Of a DNA stretch of 64,000 nt, positions 38,375 to 57,885 are shown piece by piece. The position numbers and the translations under genes were made by a program. Within the stretch, counting starts at the first letter, position 1. Each line of letters starts with the position of its first letter. The notes beneath the pieces were generated by a model. That model ran no database searches, had not been told where the DNA came from, and worked only from the letters and a program-made list of their open reading frames with translations. The stretch is from Chrysomallon squamiferum (lineage: Eukaryota; Animalia; Mollusca), in the NCBI GenBank assembly GCA_012295275.1, contig CM022665.1:18290001-18354000 (forward strand). The letters are read 5' to 3'.

Positions 38375-39743
38375 TATGTACAAATGAAGAAGTGGACAGT
38401 GTTGAAAATATTTACATTAATATGAATAAATGCTAATTTAGCATCTAATTCAATAATTCAATGAAAACTTTCTTGAAAAGCATATATGATATTTATCATA
38501 TAGGTATTATATCGATTAGAATTTATAATGGAAACGTAACTAAAAATTACCAAGTCCCTCTTAATTCATTTAAAACACAAGTGTTCAGTTCAAATGAAAT
38601 GACATTAAACAAAATAATTTTATTTTCTGTTTTGTTTTTCAATAAATAAATAAGCAAAATAAGTACTTTATAAATAAAATCGGATAATTTTGGTACATTT
38701 AGTTTGAATTTTTTTTTTTTTTTTTCCTTCATATTTTAACGAAATCATTCAAATAAAATCATAAATATAAACTGTAATTGATGTATTGGCAAATTCCTTT
38801 TTCAGCATAGTTATTTATTTTTTTTTCAGAAGTTTAATGAGTATGGGATATGTGTTTTCCAAAAAAGTACTTAGTTATTGAATATTAAAGCTTACTGCCT
38901 CATTTTAAATAAATTTTTAAAAGTTTTCATTTTTGTTGTAACACAAGGGCAGTCATTCAGTTAGCAAAAAATAAAAAAAATATAAAAATAATAATAAATT
39001 TCCTTACTGAAGTAAATTAATTTTCAAAATCTAAAATGATTAAAATGCTCATCAGTGAAAATGTAACATTTAACTCGTATACTATAACAAAAATTAATGG
39101 AAATAAGAGATGGGATTATTTCAAAATAAGAAGTAACATGATCCAGAAGAAACCATTCAAAATAAGAAATAAAGTTCAACAGATGAAATCATTCAATTTG
39201 ATAAGAAATAAAAACTTCACCAAGATAAACAATAGCAACTAAGAGATTAATAATATGAAGACAAACAAATCTTGTTTACTCCAACAACACATTCACCACA
39301 TTAGAGTACACAACAGAAATTTAATAAATTTAATAAAGTAGCAGCATGTGAGACACATTCAAGTTTTAAGACTTTTTGTTCAAGCTCTAAATAAATATAT
39401 TCAAAATAATACTGCTGGAAATGTTAAATGCTGCTCATTTTCAACTTATGCTAAACTTAATAACTGGTCCCAGAACAAATAATGGATATTTAACCCTTCA
39501 GGTATCGGGCTGGATCTGACACACCCAAGCACATTTTTCATTAAATTTCTTTATTGAAAGAATTGTGTGATGTTTGTTTTCTGTGCATTAATAATAATGA
39601 ATATTATATCATAGCTCTTATTTTTATTTTCAAACAATAAAAATTAAAATTAAATACAAAATGGCAAGACCCAGTGTAATTATTCCTGTATGAAAAATAT
39701 TGCAAGCTCTTATGGCTTAAATGCTTTTAACAATTGTTTTATA

Positions 39744-39775
<32 letters not shown>

Positions 39776-40095
39776 CGCATACATACATACATATGTTCAC
39801 TTTTAACAGCCAATTTTGTCTTTCACACATTCACTTTAAAAACTAAATTGTAATCAAAGAAGAAATATATACATTTTTAAAAAATTCATTAACAACTCCA
39901 GTTGATCCATACCAGATTGTATAAAACCGAAATTTTCTTTCCTTTAATTTTCAGAATTGTGTTCTTAATAATTTTCTCTTGTCTTTGTCCATTTCATTTT
40001 GTCTTCAGAAAAAGACACTTCTTTCTGTAAGCAGCTCAACTTATTTCTTCACATATGTAAAGGAATCAAAATGGTTCCTCTGTCTGTTGATTCTT

Positions 40096-47607
<7,512 letters not shown>

Positions 47608-48225
47608 TTTGGATACGTAACCACGTGTATACCACATGGGTTATAAAAATAAGATTAGTTGGCGGCACATAGGCTGAAATTTGAATACCTATGTGTGTGT
47701 GTCAGCGGCGCAGCATTTTGGAGGATGTAGTGACAGTCATGTTTGTTTGTTCGTTGTCGTTTTTAATAACAGATGCTGTTACCTAGATGTTGCGATGTTC
47801 AATAATTACCTTTGGCTGAGCAAGTGATTGAGAAATACGCACGATGTTAAAAAAAGGTTCAAATGAAATCGATTCTGGTTTGCGCACTTCGCAAACCTGT
47901 ATTTTTGGTTTTATTTATTTATTTATTTTGAAAAATTAGTTTATATTAAATATTCTTCCTCTTGTTTTCTCAGATTATCAAACAAGGTTGCGAAATTCTT
48001 CTTATAGTGTGACTGCCGATGTACCCCATAGAGCGGCACAAATCCAAGCTACTCCACTGGATAAAAATATATATATATATATATATAATAATAATAAATA
48101 ATAAAACAAAATGTGATTTTTAAAGCTAAGAATGTGAACATTTTACTGTATCTTTAAAACTATTTTCTTATTTTCTTATTTTATATTCCCCCTCGAACCT
48201 ATTTCTTGCAAATAAATTAAAGGTT

Positions 48226-48262
<37 letters not shown>

Positions 48263-48744
48263 GTGTGACTGAATGAAAGACCGCTTTTAAAATGACAATA
48301 GGAGAAAGAAAAGTCAAATACATATAATTTTCTAATTTCTAAAAATATTTATTATTTATTATTTTATATTTAATTTATTTTAATTATTTTTTGTTTGTTT
48401 TTCGATTCTAAAGTAAATGGGCGGGGTTTTCCAAATATGTGTCAACCAATCAATGGTCTACATCTGGTGGTAGTTCGCAGACGGTTTTTCTTGGTGATGT
48501 AAGATTATTATTATCAGAAAGATAAAATGTCTGACATATTTACTTAAAAACTGTACCGAGAAACTGTGTCAGTCAATTAACGTAATGATTTATTGTTTTC
48601 TTTTTATCATTCAGTTAAGGATAATTTTAATATGTACCGGACTGATATCCGGCGGATCTTGATGACAACTGTCACGCAGTAAGAACTTTCTCAAGCCGGG
48701 AAATGAACTATGTGCTCGTCGGTGTTTCATGAGTGTATTTTAAT
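47608..48744. promoter_or_regulatory. Divergent promoter region between EED and NUS1
   Basis: Head-to-head ATGs ~1.1 kb apart, CpG-enriched patches, GC box GGGCGGGG at 48419-48426, CCAAT at 48446-48450. Confidence 0.6.
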
Positions 48745-51700
48745 ATGTTGAAGGAAATACTTTTGAGACTTATACATTATGTATTAAGTTTAGGATTATT
48801 TCTTAATCAGACTATTGTCAATTTTCCTAATAAACTGGGTAGTTTCTTTAAGAAACAGCCCCTTGGACGAATTCGTTCTGATGCAAGACGGCTGAAAAAA
48901 TTGCCTTTACACGTGGGACTTGTTATTGTAGAAAGTGAATATTCTTATCGTGATATAGCTAATATTATTGTGTGGTCTGTTGCCTTGGGAATATCATATA
49001 TAAGTGTGTATGATTTTAATGGTATGTTTTTTCTATTTAAATACCACTCTTCTTGCTTCTCTATTACGCATTAATAAAATTTAAGGAAAATTAAAGTTTA
49101 AACTTATAAATGTAATACTTTTATTAATTTTAAACTGATTAAGATTTATTTCGGTTCATACGGTTTATTTTACAAATAATAAGTGTATAAACCAGAATCA
49201 ACTTTCTAATTAACTTTATATAAATGAATAAACGCAGCTGACCAAAACTCATTTTGAAATCAAATAATAAAAATTACCATTGTGAAATCATATTGATGGT
49301 ATTTATCCTCACTATGAATTATATCATAAAACTAGTTGATGTATAAATCTCCAAACACATTAAATGAACTTGTTAAAGACTGGAATGACTTGTATACATA
49401 ATGGCCATGGAGAAAATATGTTAGCATAAAATAGCATCAGAAGTGTATATAAGAAACTTTAAAAACAAATCCAGCAAGTCATTAAAACTAAAAATTAGCA
49501 TGATGTTCAACAGACACACCTTTAATAACATTATTCTAATGTTTTGCATGTGTTTGGTATATCATTGTTATAAATATTAATTTCAGGTGAAATAAAGAGA
49601 AATGCTGTTTTATTGCAAAAAGAAATACAGAAAAGTAAAGAAGAAATACTGGCTTCTGAGAAGTTGAAATATGATATAGAAATTTATTCAACAGACAGAA
49701 GAGAAAAAACTAGGGAAGGTGGTAGGTGTTTTTTATTCATTAATACCACTGATAGACAACATTCATTGTTATTTTTTTCTTTTTTTTGCAATGTTTTCCT
49801 GGCTTCTGAATTTACAAAAAGTAATACATTTCAACTGATGCACATAATTTGTTCATTAGTTTTTCATAAACATACATTTAAGTGATATTATTACTATTAG
49901 GTAAACTAGTGTGAAAAATAAATACAGTATTTATAATTGTAATAGTTGGATAAATCTGCTTTCTGCAGTTAACAGTAATAAAATATTTAGTGATTATATC
50001 CACTTAGTGCAAAGATTTAATCTTATTTACGGGATAATTTTCTGTATTTTGTGGACGTTAAGTTAAGCTTTTAATGCAGAGTACAATACAGACAGTGAAA
50101 CAGAAATTTGTGACACTTGTAAAATAAATCACATTGGCATCCATTCGAATTAATATTAATGTATCCACGAAACTACCATTGTTTTTATATTTAATCTTTG
50201 TATTTTATTGCTAACCAGAAATAATTTAGTGACAGCTGAAAATGTTATGTATTTGTTTTTTTATTTATGGGGTCATTCCGTGTCAAATCACCCAAAAAAA
50301 AAAGAAATTTAAACCCGACCGTCTCAGATTTTTATAAAACTTGGTATACTTGTTGACTGGGATCCCACAGCACCAAATCTGAAATGTTAGCCCAATCAGA
50401 CCAGTGGTGTGGGAGATACGGCCCTACGAAATTTGAGATTTTTGCCAAAAATGGGTGTGACCACCAACCTTACAACCCTCATATCTCAGGAACTACTGGG
50501 CCAATCTTCATAAAATTGGTATTGTTAGAAAGGCAAAATGACAAGGATACCAAATCTGCCATTTTTGTTTAGTTTGGAAAATATTGGAGTACCTTGACCT
50601 TTTGACCTTTGCTATGACCTTGAAATTGACCGTGTGGATCACGTGATCTTGAGATGACCTTTATTGAAATTTAATCTCCCACATGTTAACTAAAACATAT
50701 AAAAGTTTCCTGGGTGTAATATTTTTTGTTTAGCCACAATATAGATTTAAAAAATGCACATACATGAAAATAACACCTTTTCAGCCATTAACATCTGATT
50801 AACTAAAACCTGAATGATCAATTCTGGATGCTAGGGATCACCATCTTTCTTGATCATCGAGTAAGACATTGTAGGCCTACATGTATGCATAAAGTTCACA
50901 TAAATCTGAGAGAACTAGGTGTTTCTGATGCTTAACCGTCTCACTATGTTTGTTTCAAATGCTCACTGTATCCTTCATTCCCAGACACATTCTACTGTTC
51001 TCATCACTTTCATAAAATTGGATTATTTCCTCCTTCAATTCATTGTCCTTTCAATGGTAAAGGGTGACAAAATCAAGATTTGCACATGCTCTGGGTAGGA
51101 TTCAGACATTATGATGTCATTTTAATGTTACTGTAGCTGATGCTAGTTTTTTTTTCCTTTTTCATTCATTTACTGGAATGTGCTAGAGAATGGAGTTTGA
51201 CAGGAGTTTAAGCCCTAAACTTCGACAGAATAGAATTCAAATCAAAGTCCTTTTCTGGGGAAACAACAACCAGCGGTTTGTCTGGCAAGTTATCACCAAA
51301 TTCTCCTATTGTAATACCACCCATACTAAAGCCATCTTCTGCAGGACCTTTGATTTCTGAAGGGTAATCAGACAGTCACAGCACAACTTGTCTCCTGGCA
51401 CTAGTGTCTTTGGAGGATTTACTAAGCATTTGTAAGTGCCCATGCTAACAATTCTTAAAGATCTAGTGCGTGCTTGCTCAGGGTGGCAATTAAGGGGATC
51501 ACAACAGTTTTTCTGCAATGTTGAAAATTTGATGAAAAGTTCTTGTTCATGATACTCTTGATGTCCCGTGTTTCGATCCCACTTCAAAGAGTGAGGAGTT
51601 CGACTTCCTCAGTTTTCCATACACTTCGCAAAAACTCCTTTTTGATATGATGGTGCTGATAACACACATTTTCAGGAGAGTTAAAGCTGCAGTTAGCCTT

Positions 51701-53946
51701 GGAAGAAATAAGGATTTTCATTATTGGCCTGCACCTTCAATTCAATAGAACAAAGTCAGTGCTGAAACCGTTTCAGTAAAGTTAAGCAGGTCATAAAATG
51801 GCAGCAGAGTACATGTGTTATTGCCAAAGGCCCACAAGTCTTGGGCATTTATGTCAATCTTCTCAAGTATAAATCACAGTTTATTAAGGTGAAGTAGACC
51901 TTGTTCATACTCTGTGTACAGACTGGGTGTACAAATACATTATGCAGTACATCACTTGATGACGTCTGATTTCAGACTGGGTTGTACTGTTGTTGACTGA
52001 AACCTTGTTCAAAACCAATGGCAAGGCCCACATGACATGATAAAATTACTTAATAGGTTTTATGAAATAAAAATATTATTTATATATCAACATCTGACAT
52101 TGTGTCCAAGTTAAAAAGCTTCAAATTGTCAAAGAAATGCAGATGAAGAAACTTCTTTTTCTTAAACTTCTAATTGCCATGTGCTCAATGGGGATTGCAC
52201 CAGGGGATCTAAAGGAATTCCTGACCTGCCTGAAGCATCACTTCCTGTTAACCCTTTGAGCCTGATTGTGTAGAACATGTCATGCCATTTGGCATCTTTT
52301 CATATCCTTCAGGCATTCCTTCAGACATGTCAGGTGGGTTTTAACTCCAAAGATGAGTTTTTAGTCTCAGAGAAAACTGTAATGCATTGTATCAATCATC
52401 CATGCAGGTATGCATTTTTTTAAATCTCTATTATGGCTAAACAAAAAATATTATACCCAGGAATCTTTTATATGTGAACTTTATGCATACAGGTAGGCCT
52501 ACAATGTCTTACTCGATGATCAAAAGAGATGGTGATTCCTAGCATCCAGAATTGATCATTCAGGTTTTAGTTAATCAGATGTTAATGGCTGAAAAGGTGT
52601 TATTTTCATGTATGTGCATTTTTTAAATCTATATTGTGGCTAAACAAAAAATATTACACCCAGGAAACTTTTATATGTTTTAGTTAACATGTGGGAGATT
52701 AAATTTCAATAAAGGTCATCTCAAGATCACGTGATCCACACGGTCAATTTCAAGGTCATAGCAAAGGTCAAAAGGTCAAGGTACTCCAATATTTTCCAAA
52801 CTAAACAAAAATGGCAGATTTGGTATCCTTGTCATTTTGCCTTTCTAACAATACCAATTTTATGAAGATTGGCCCAGTAGTTCCTGAGATATGAGGGTTC
52901 TAAGGTTGGTGGTCACACCCATTTTTGGCAAAAATCTCAAAATTCGGTGGGCCGTATCTCCCACACCACTGGTCTGATTGAGCTAAAATTTCAGATTTGG
53001 TGCTGTGGGATCCCAGTCAACAAGTATACCAAGTTTTATAAAAATCTGAGACGGTCGGGTTTAAACCATTGGGTGATTTGACACGGAATGACCCTATGAG
53101 ATAAATATTGAATTTTTTTTAAAGTTATTTGCTAATTATGGAACCATTTAGGGCATGTAGGGATAAACAAATTTTGGGGGGTGAACAAGCTGGTGGGTAA
53201 CATCAATAGTTAATTGTCTGTTTGAATATTTTTTATTTTAAAAAACATTTTTAATGATACTGTACTTATTTAAAATAACCACACACAAAAAAAGATGAAG
53301 AAGAGAGAAAAACGCCTACGTAGTAAATAAAAGATTCAAATGATGATAGCTTTTAAAAAATTGGTCATCTTCATGAATATTTCACAGACTTGAAATATTG
53401 ATCTTTTGAATGATATTATTTTATGAGTAGCTTTAAAAAAATTTAATGAAAGAAAAAAATAACCAAAATGGTCAATTTTAATTTAACAACCAATTTTTAT
53501 TTCATTTGTGTTGTAATGTATACTAAATAAACATAAATATAATTTATCATGTTTTATCCTTTCACTATTTTATACATGTTTAAGCATAATTTAAAAACAA
53601 ATTCTAACAAAACTGTTTTTATCCTTCCACTAGTTTAAATATATATATATATTGCTGTAAAAAAGTATGTTACAATAATTTTTATTTCCTAACATAATGT
53701 ATATACTATTATATTCTACATAAACATAAGTAGAATTTATCTTGTTTAAAAAAAAAATTAATAATAATAATATAACATAATTATTTTTATCCTTTCACTC
53801 TTTTCAGTGTAGATACATATATATTATATATGAGGGGGAGAGAAACATATATACACAAATGTACATATATTATTATAAAAAAAAAAGATTTGATACAGTA
53901 ATTGAATTTTATAACAGATATATGTATGTTTATATTTATAAATTTA

Positions 53947-53980
<34 letters not shown>

Positions 53981-55354
53981 TTCTTCTCAGCATGTACAAA
54001 CATAAAACGAGTCAGAGTTAATTTATTGTGTGAGGAGGATGGACGGTGTAGTATTGTCAAAGTGACAAAACATTTGTGTCAGCTTGTACAAAACAAAGAG
54101 CACAGAGTGGAAGATATCATACCAAACAATGTTGATACATTTTTTCAAGGTAACCATAGCACCTGCATTTCATGTTTTTTCTTTCTTTTCTGTTTTATAT
54201 ATATACACACACATACAAACACATACAGGGGTACAAAAAAAAAAAAAAAAATATTTTTTTAAATTATTTTTTTATTTAATTGTTTTTATTTATATAAATT
54301 GAATACCAGTTTATGAAGACTGTTCATCAGAAAGAAATTTATTTTATTTTTTGTTGTTGTTTTTAAATTTTTATATGATAACCACATAAACTGAATTCCA
54401 GTTAATATTTATCACAAAAGAAACAAAAAATAATTTATATTTTTATTCTAAATGTATTTGGACTACATTTTACTCTTATTTATGGAGATAATAACAAATA
54501 ATCACCACATAATAATCCATTGTCAGAAGGAGATTTCCTCTCATAACATAATTTAAAAAAAGAGAGAGACATATATTTAAGCATATAATAATCATTTTAT
54601 AAACAAACACACACATTAATATAGTGAGAGAAAAAACAAGCAAAAAACCTGTTTTATAATTATCTCAGATACATAGATTCTGCAATATTCTAATTCTTTT
54701 CACCAATTTTTTTTCTTTTTCCTTTTTCTTTTTACAGATTTTACAAAATTTCCCGATCCAGACATTGTTATAAAATTTGGGCCCATAGATTCATTGTTAG
54801 GTTTTCTTCCTTGGCAAATACGCTTAACTAGCATTTTGTGAGTATCCTGTGATTTTCAGTAATAATTCTGTTTTGTTTTTGTGTAGGTGTTTTTCATTCT
54901 TTTTTTTATTCTTTTATTTTTTTATTTAATTTAAAATACAAAAAAAAATATTTATGGAACTAAAATTAAATTTTGAAAATGATTTTATTGCCTAACATCT
55001 TGAAAACAAAATACATGAGTAGTTAAATTGTAACTGATAATTTTTATTTTTAAACTGTTATTTAATTTTTAATGATAAACCAAACCATTAAATTAAATTA
55101 AAAGGTTTGTTGAATCTATATATATATATTTTTTAATGTTTTATCTGTAATTACTAATAAACTTATAATTATTATTTAAACTATCTTTTTCTAACATTAA
55201 GGGGAAAAAAAATAGTCATAGTTAAATGTAAAAAATTTAATTTTTATAACTTTGTATTTTCAGATCATTTCCCTCTCATAGACAGATAACCTATAAGACA
55301 TTTTTATCAACACTGGTTTCATACGCACACACAGAGCAGCGACATGGCAAATAA
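48745..55354 (+). CDS. NUS1: Dehydrodolichyl diphosphate synthase complex subunit NUS1 (Nogo-B receptor), ~253 aa
   Basis: Exons 48745-49021, 49587-49721, 53991-54149, 54738-54837, 55264-55354; total 762 nt (alternative in-phase donor at 49718). Motifs [52 protein letters not shown]...[11 protein letters not shown] and the C-terminal RxG motif EQRHGK. Confidence 0.95.
50270..53094. mobile_element. Non-autonomous long-TIR DNA transposon, Sola2-like (2825 bp), in NUS1 intron 2
   Basis: 4-bp TSD TATG at 50266-69 and 53095-98. Termini GGGTCATTCCGTGTCAAATCACCCA. TIRs ~630 bp (50270-~50903 and ~52471-53094) with only scattered mismatches. GRG...CYC ends, a 4-bp TSD and long TIRs match the Sola2 group. 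Confidence 0.85.
51306..51672 (-). pseudogene. Decayed N-terminal transposase fragment (Cys/His-rich)
   Basis: [11 protein letters not shown]...SLRIVS...[11 protein letters not shown] motif, preceded in another frame by VCYQHH...EEVELLTL with a stop. It lies inside the long-TIR element and no DDD catalytic core is visible. Family assignment is from memory. Confidence 0.55.
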
Positions 55355-55709
55355 AAGTAAAACATTTATCTGCCAAATGGAATAAATTCTGTATGATAAT
55401 ATACGCATACTTACGCAGTTTGTTATTTTACTTGTTTATCCAGAGATACCAACATACAATTCATCAAAAGTAAAAATGTGCTGAAATTTCCTATTTATCA
55501 TTGCATTATTATGTTAATTTTTATTCACATTATCACTTGATGTGACCTCAGTGTACTGTAATGAGATGAACAAAATATTTAAATATGTTATGTGTTTCCT
55601 AGATAGTTTTAACTTCTTTACCAGCCATTGCTAATAATCAAGTTTTGAAAAAGAAAACACATTTAACAAGCCTGTAAGGTTATACAAAATGTGGTATTTC
55701 TGCTTGTTT

Positions 55710-55746
<37 letters not shown>

Positions 55747-55969
55747 AAATAGAAAACATCATTGAGGAAAAAGTAAATGTACTGTTTTTTTTATTGCCAC
55801 TCTTACTAAGTTAATGCATACTAAACAGATCAAATAATAATTCACAGGTATAAGATATTTGGTTAGGTTATTTTCTTTTTCTGTCACAAGAAATATACCT
55901 AAAGAATTCATCTATATTCTGCCAAACACCAGTAATTAGGGGGAACCAATTCTTGTATGTTTTTATCTC

Positions 55970-56140
55970 AGGATATATTAATAAAGATAAACCTCATATA
56001 TGTTGTAAAATAAAAATTAGCATATTTATAAAGGATATAATAATTAAAAGGGATATATTAATAAAAACACAGATAATCCAAGTCACATGTATAATGTAAA
56101 ATAAAAATTAAGATGTTTATAAAGGATATAATAATTAAAT
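55970..56140. repeat. Two-copy ~80-bp tandem duplication downstream of NUS1
   Basis: ggatatattaataaa...tgtaaaataaaaatta...tttataaaggatataataattaaa repeated twice. Confidence 0.65.
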
Positions 56141-57843
56141 ATAATTTAATACTGTCACATTCCTGTCTTAAATGACAATGTTAAAAAGGACACAAATTTG
56201 TCTCAGTAAAAGATAAAGATGGCTGAATGTGGCTGCCCAATATGGCTGCCACCTAATGATCTAATTATATTATATTAATATTAATGTGGTCTGTAAGCAC
56301 TTAATGTTGTTACATTAATAATGTTAGTGCAACCACTAACAATATTATTTTTATGGACATAAAATAACAGGCTGTCTGAAAGTCTAATATCAAAGCCAAA
56401 ATGTATGGACAGTATGCTAAATATTTTCTAAGAATAATTTCATCAGGAAAAATTAAAAACGTCCAAGATTTGATGGCAAAACATTGAATTTCAGTTGTTA
56501 GACATTGGACTGAAGTTCAGCAGGATGTAGGTTCAGACCTCTATAGCCAACTTGTACATCTGGTTTTTCAGAACTGTAGAATATCCTTTCCTTTCAAAAG
56601 GTGCTTATAAAAAATCCCATTAATGTTGATTAGTAAGATAATTCCATGGATGAACATCCTTGGTTTTTCTCTCTATTTTTATTTAAGTGACCTGTAAAAA
56701 CCAGTGATACTTTCAAGTGTGACAATACGATATCATATGAATTGCCTGTATCATTTGTATGGACTACAAAATATAAAATATTGGAATTAATATTGCTGAC
56801 ATATTTGTGTATTCAGTGTATGGAGAGACAAAAATATAATATTTATAGAAATGTTTTAGATTTTGGATTTTATAAAAATTAACTTGTTTAAATTTTTTTA
56901 TTATTACTGTTATTATTATTGATGAATTAATCATGTCTCTTACTATATCTAGGTTACAAAAGATATCCATGTAATAATTTGAACAGAGGTTAATAATGGA
57001 GAAAAGAATATAATGTGTTAATAATGAGGCACCCTTACCATCAGTGGCATAGCTATGCTATGGAAATATGGCCAAACACAGGGCATTTTTCTACTGTTTT
57101 TTTTAGCTGATTTTTATGGTCTAATTATCTGAAATGTCAGATGTCTGGACAGGGACACAGCTTCAGTGTTTGCCTAAGGTGATTATTTATTCAAAGATAT
57201 GCCCATATGTAGCATTCCAGACTTGATCTTATTACTGAAATTAAGCTACCTGTGGGCATTGGGTGTTTTTTGGGGTCATTAGTGTTACTGCTGAGTTTGG
57301 TAAGTTAAATCTGCTTTATCATGTTAATTGATTAGAAATTTTAAATCAGAAATGTATAAAAGTTCATCTTTTTTTAAAATTTTGAGAAAGAAAAATAGTT
57401 TCTGAGCATGCAGCTTCTATATTGATTTTTTAAATTATTTTTATTGCCGTTGCCTGAGATTGAGATGTATTTATTTATTTTTATGGCTTTTTTTTTTTTT
57501 TTTTTTCTTTTTTTTTTTTCTTTAATTTAAATTAAATAAAAACCAAAATCCAGGGATAAAAATTGAATCAAAGCTAAGCAAAAACAAGTTTTGTTTTCTC
57601 ACATTTATACATTTATGTATTAAATTTATCTGTAAATGATGTAATATATAATCACTTTTTAATTCATAAATCACCAAAAATTAAAAAGGGAAAATTCATA
57701 TAAAATGCATTTAATGTTCTATTACATTATTTTAACCATGAATTAACATAGTTAAGTTAATTTTATTATTATTATGAAAATTTTACTTAATCATTATTTA
57801 TTTTTTATTTTGTTTTTGTATTTTTAATACTAAGTATTTTTTA

Positions 57844-57885
<42 letters not shown>

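Noticed and set aside
54838-54850. GTATCCT just inside NUS1 intron 4 as a possible U12 donor
   Set aside because: The reading frame requires the canonical GTGAGT donor at 54838, and no U12 branch site precedes the 55263 acceptor.
56150-57320. Less AT-rich stretch with atggctg repeats and a cagtggcatagct motif, suggesting old transposon remnants
   Set aside because: No TIR pair, TSD or ORF could be defined by eye.
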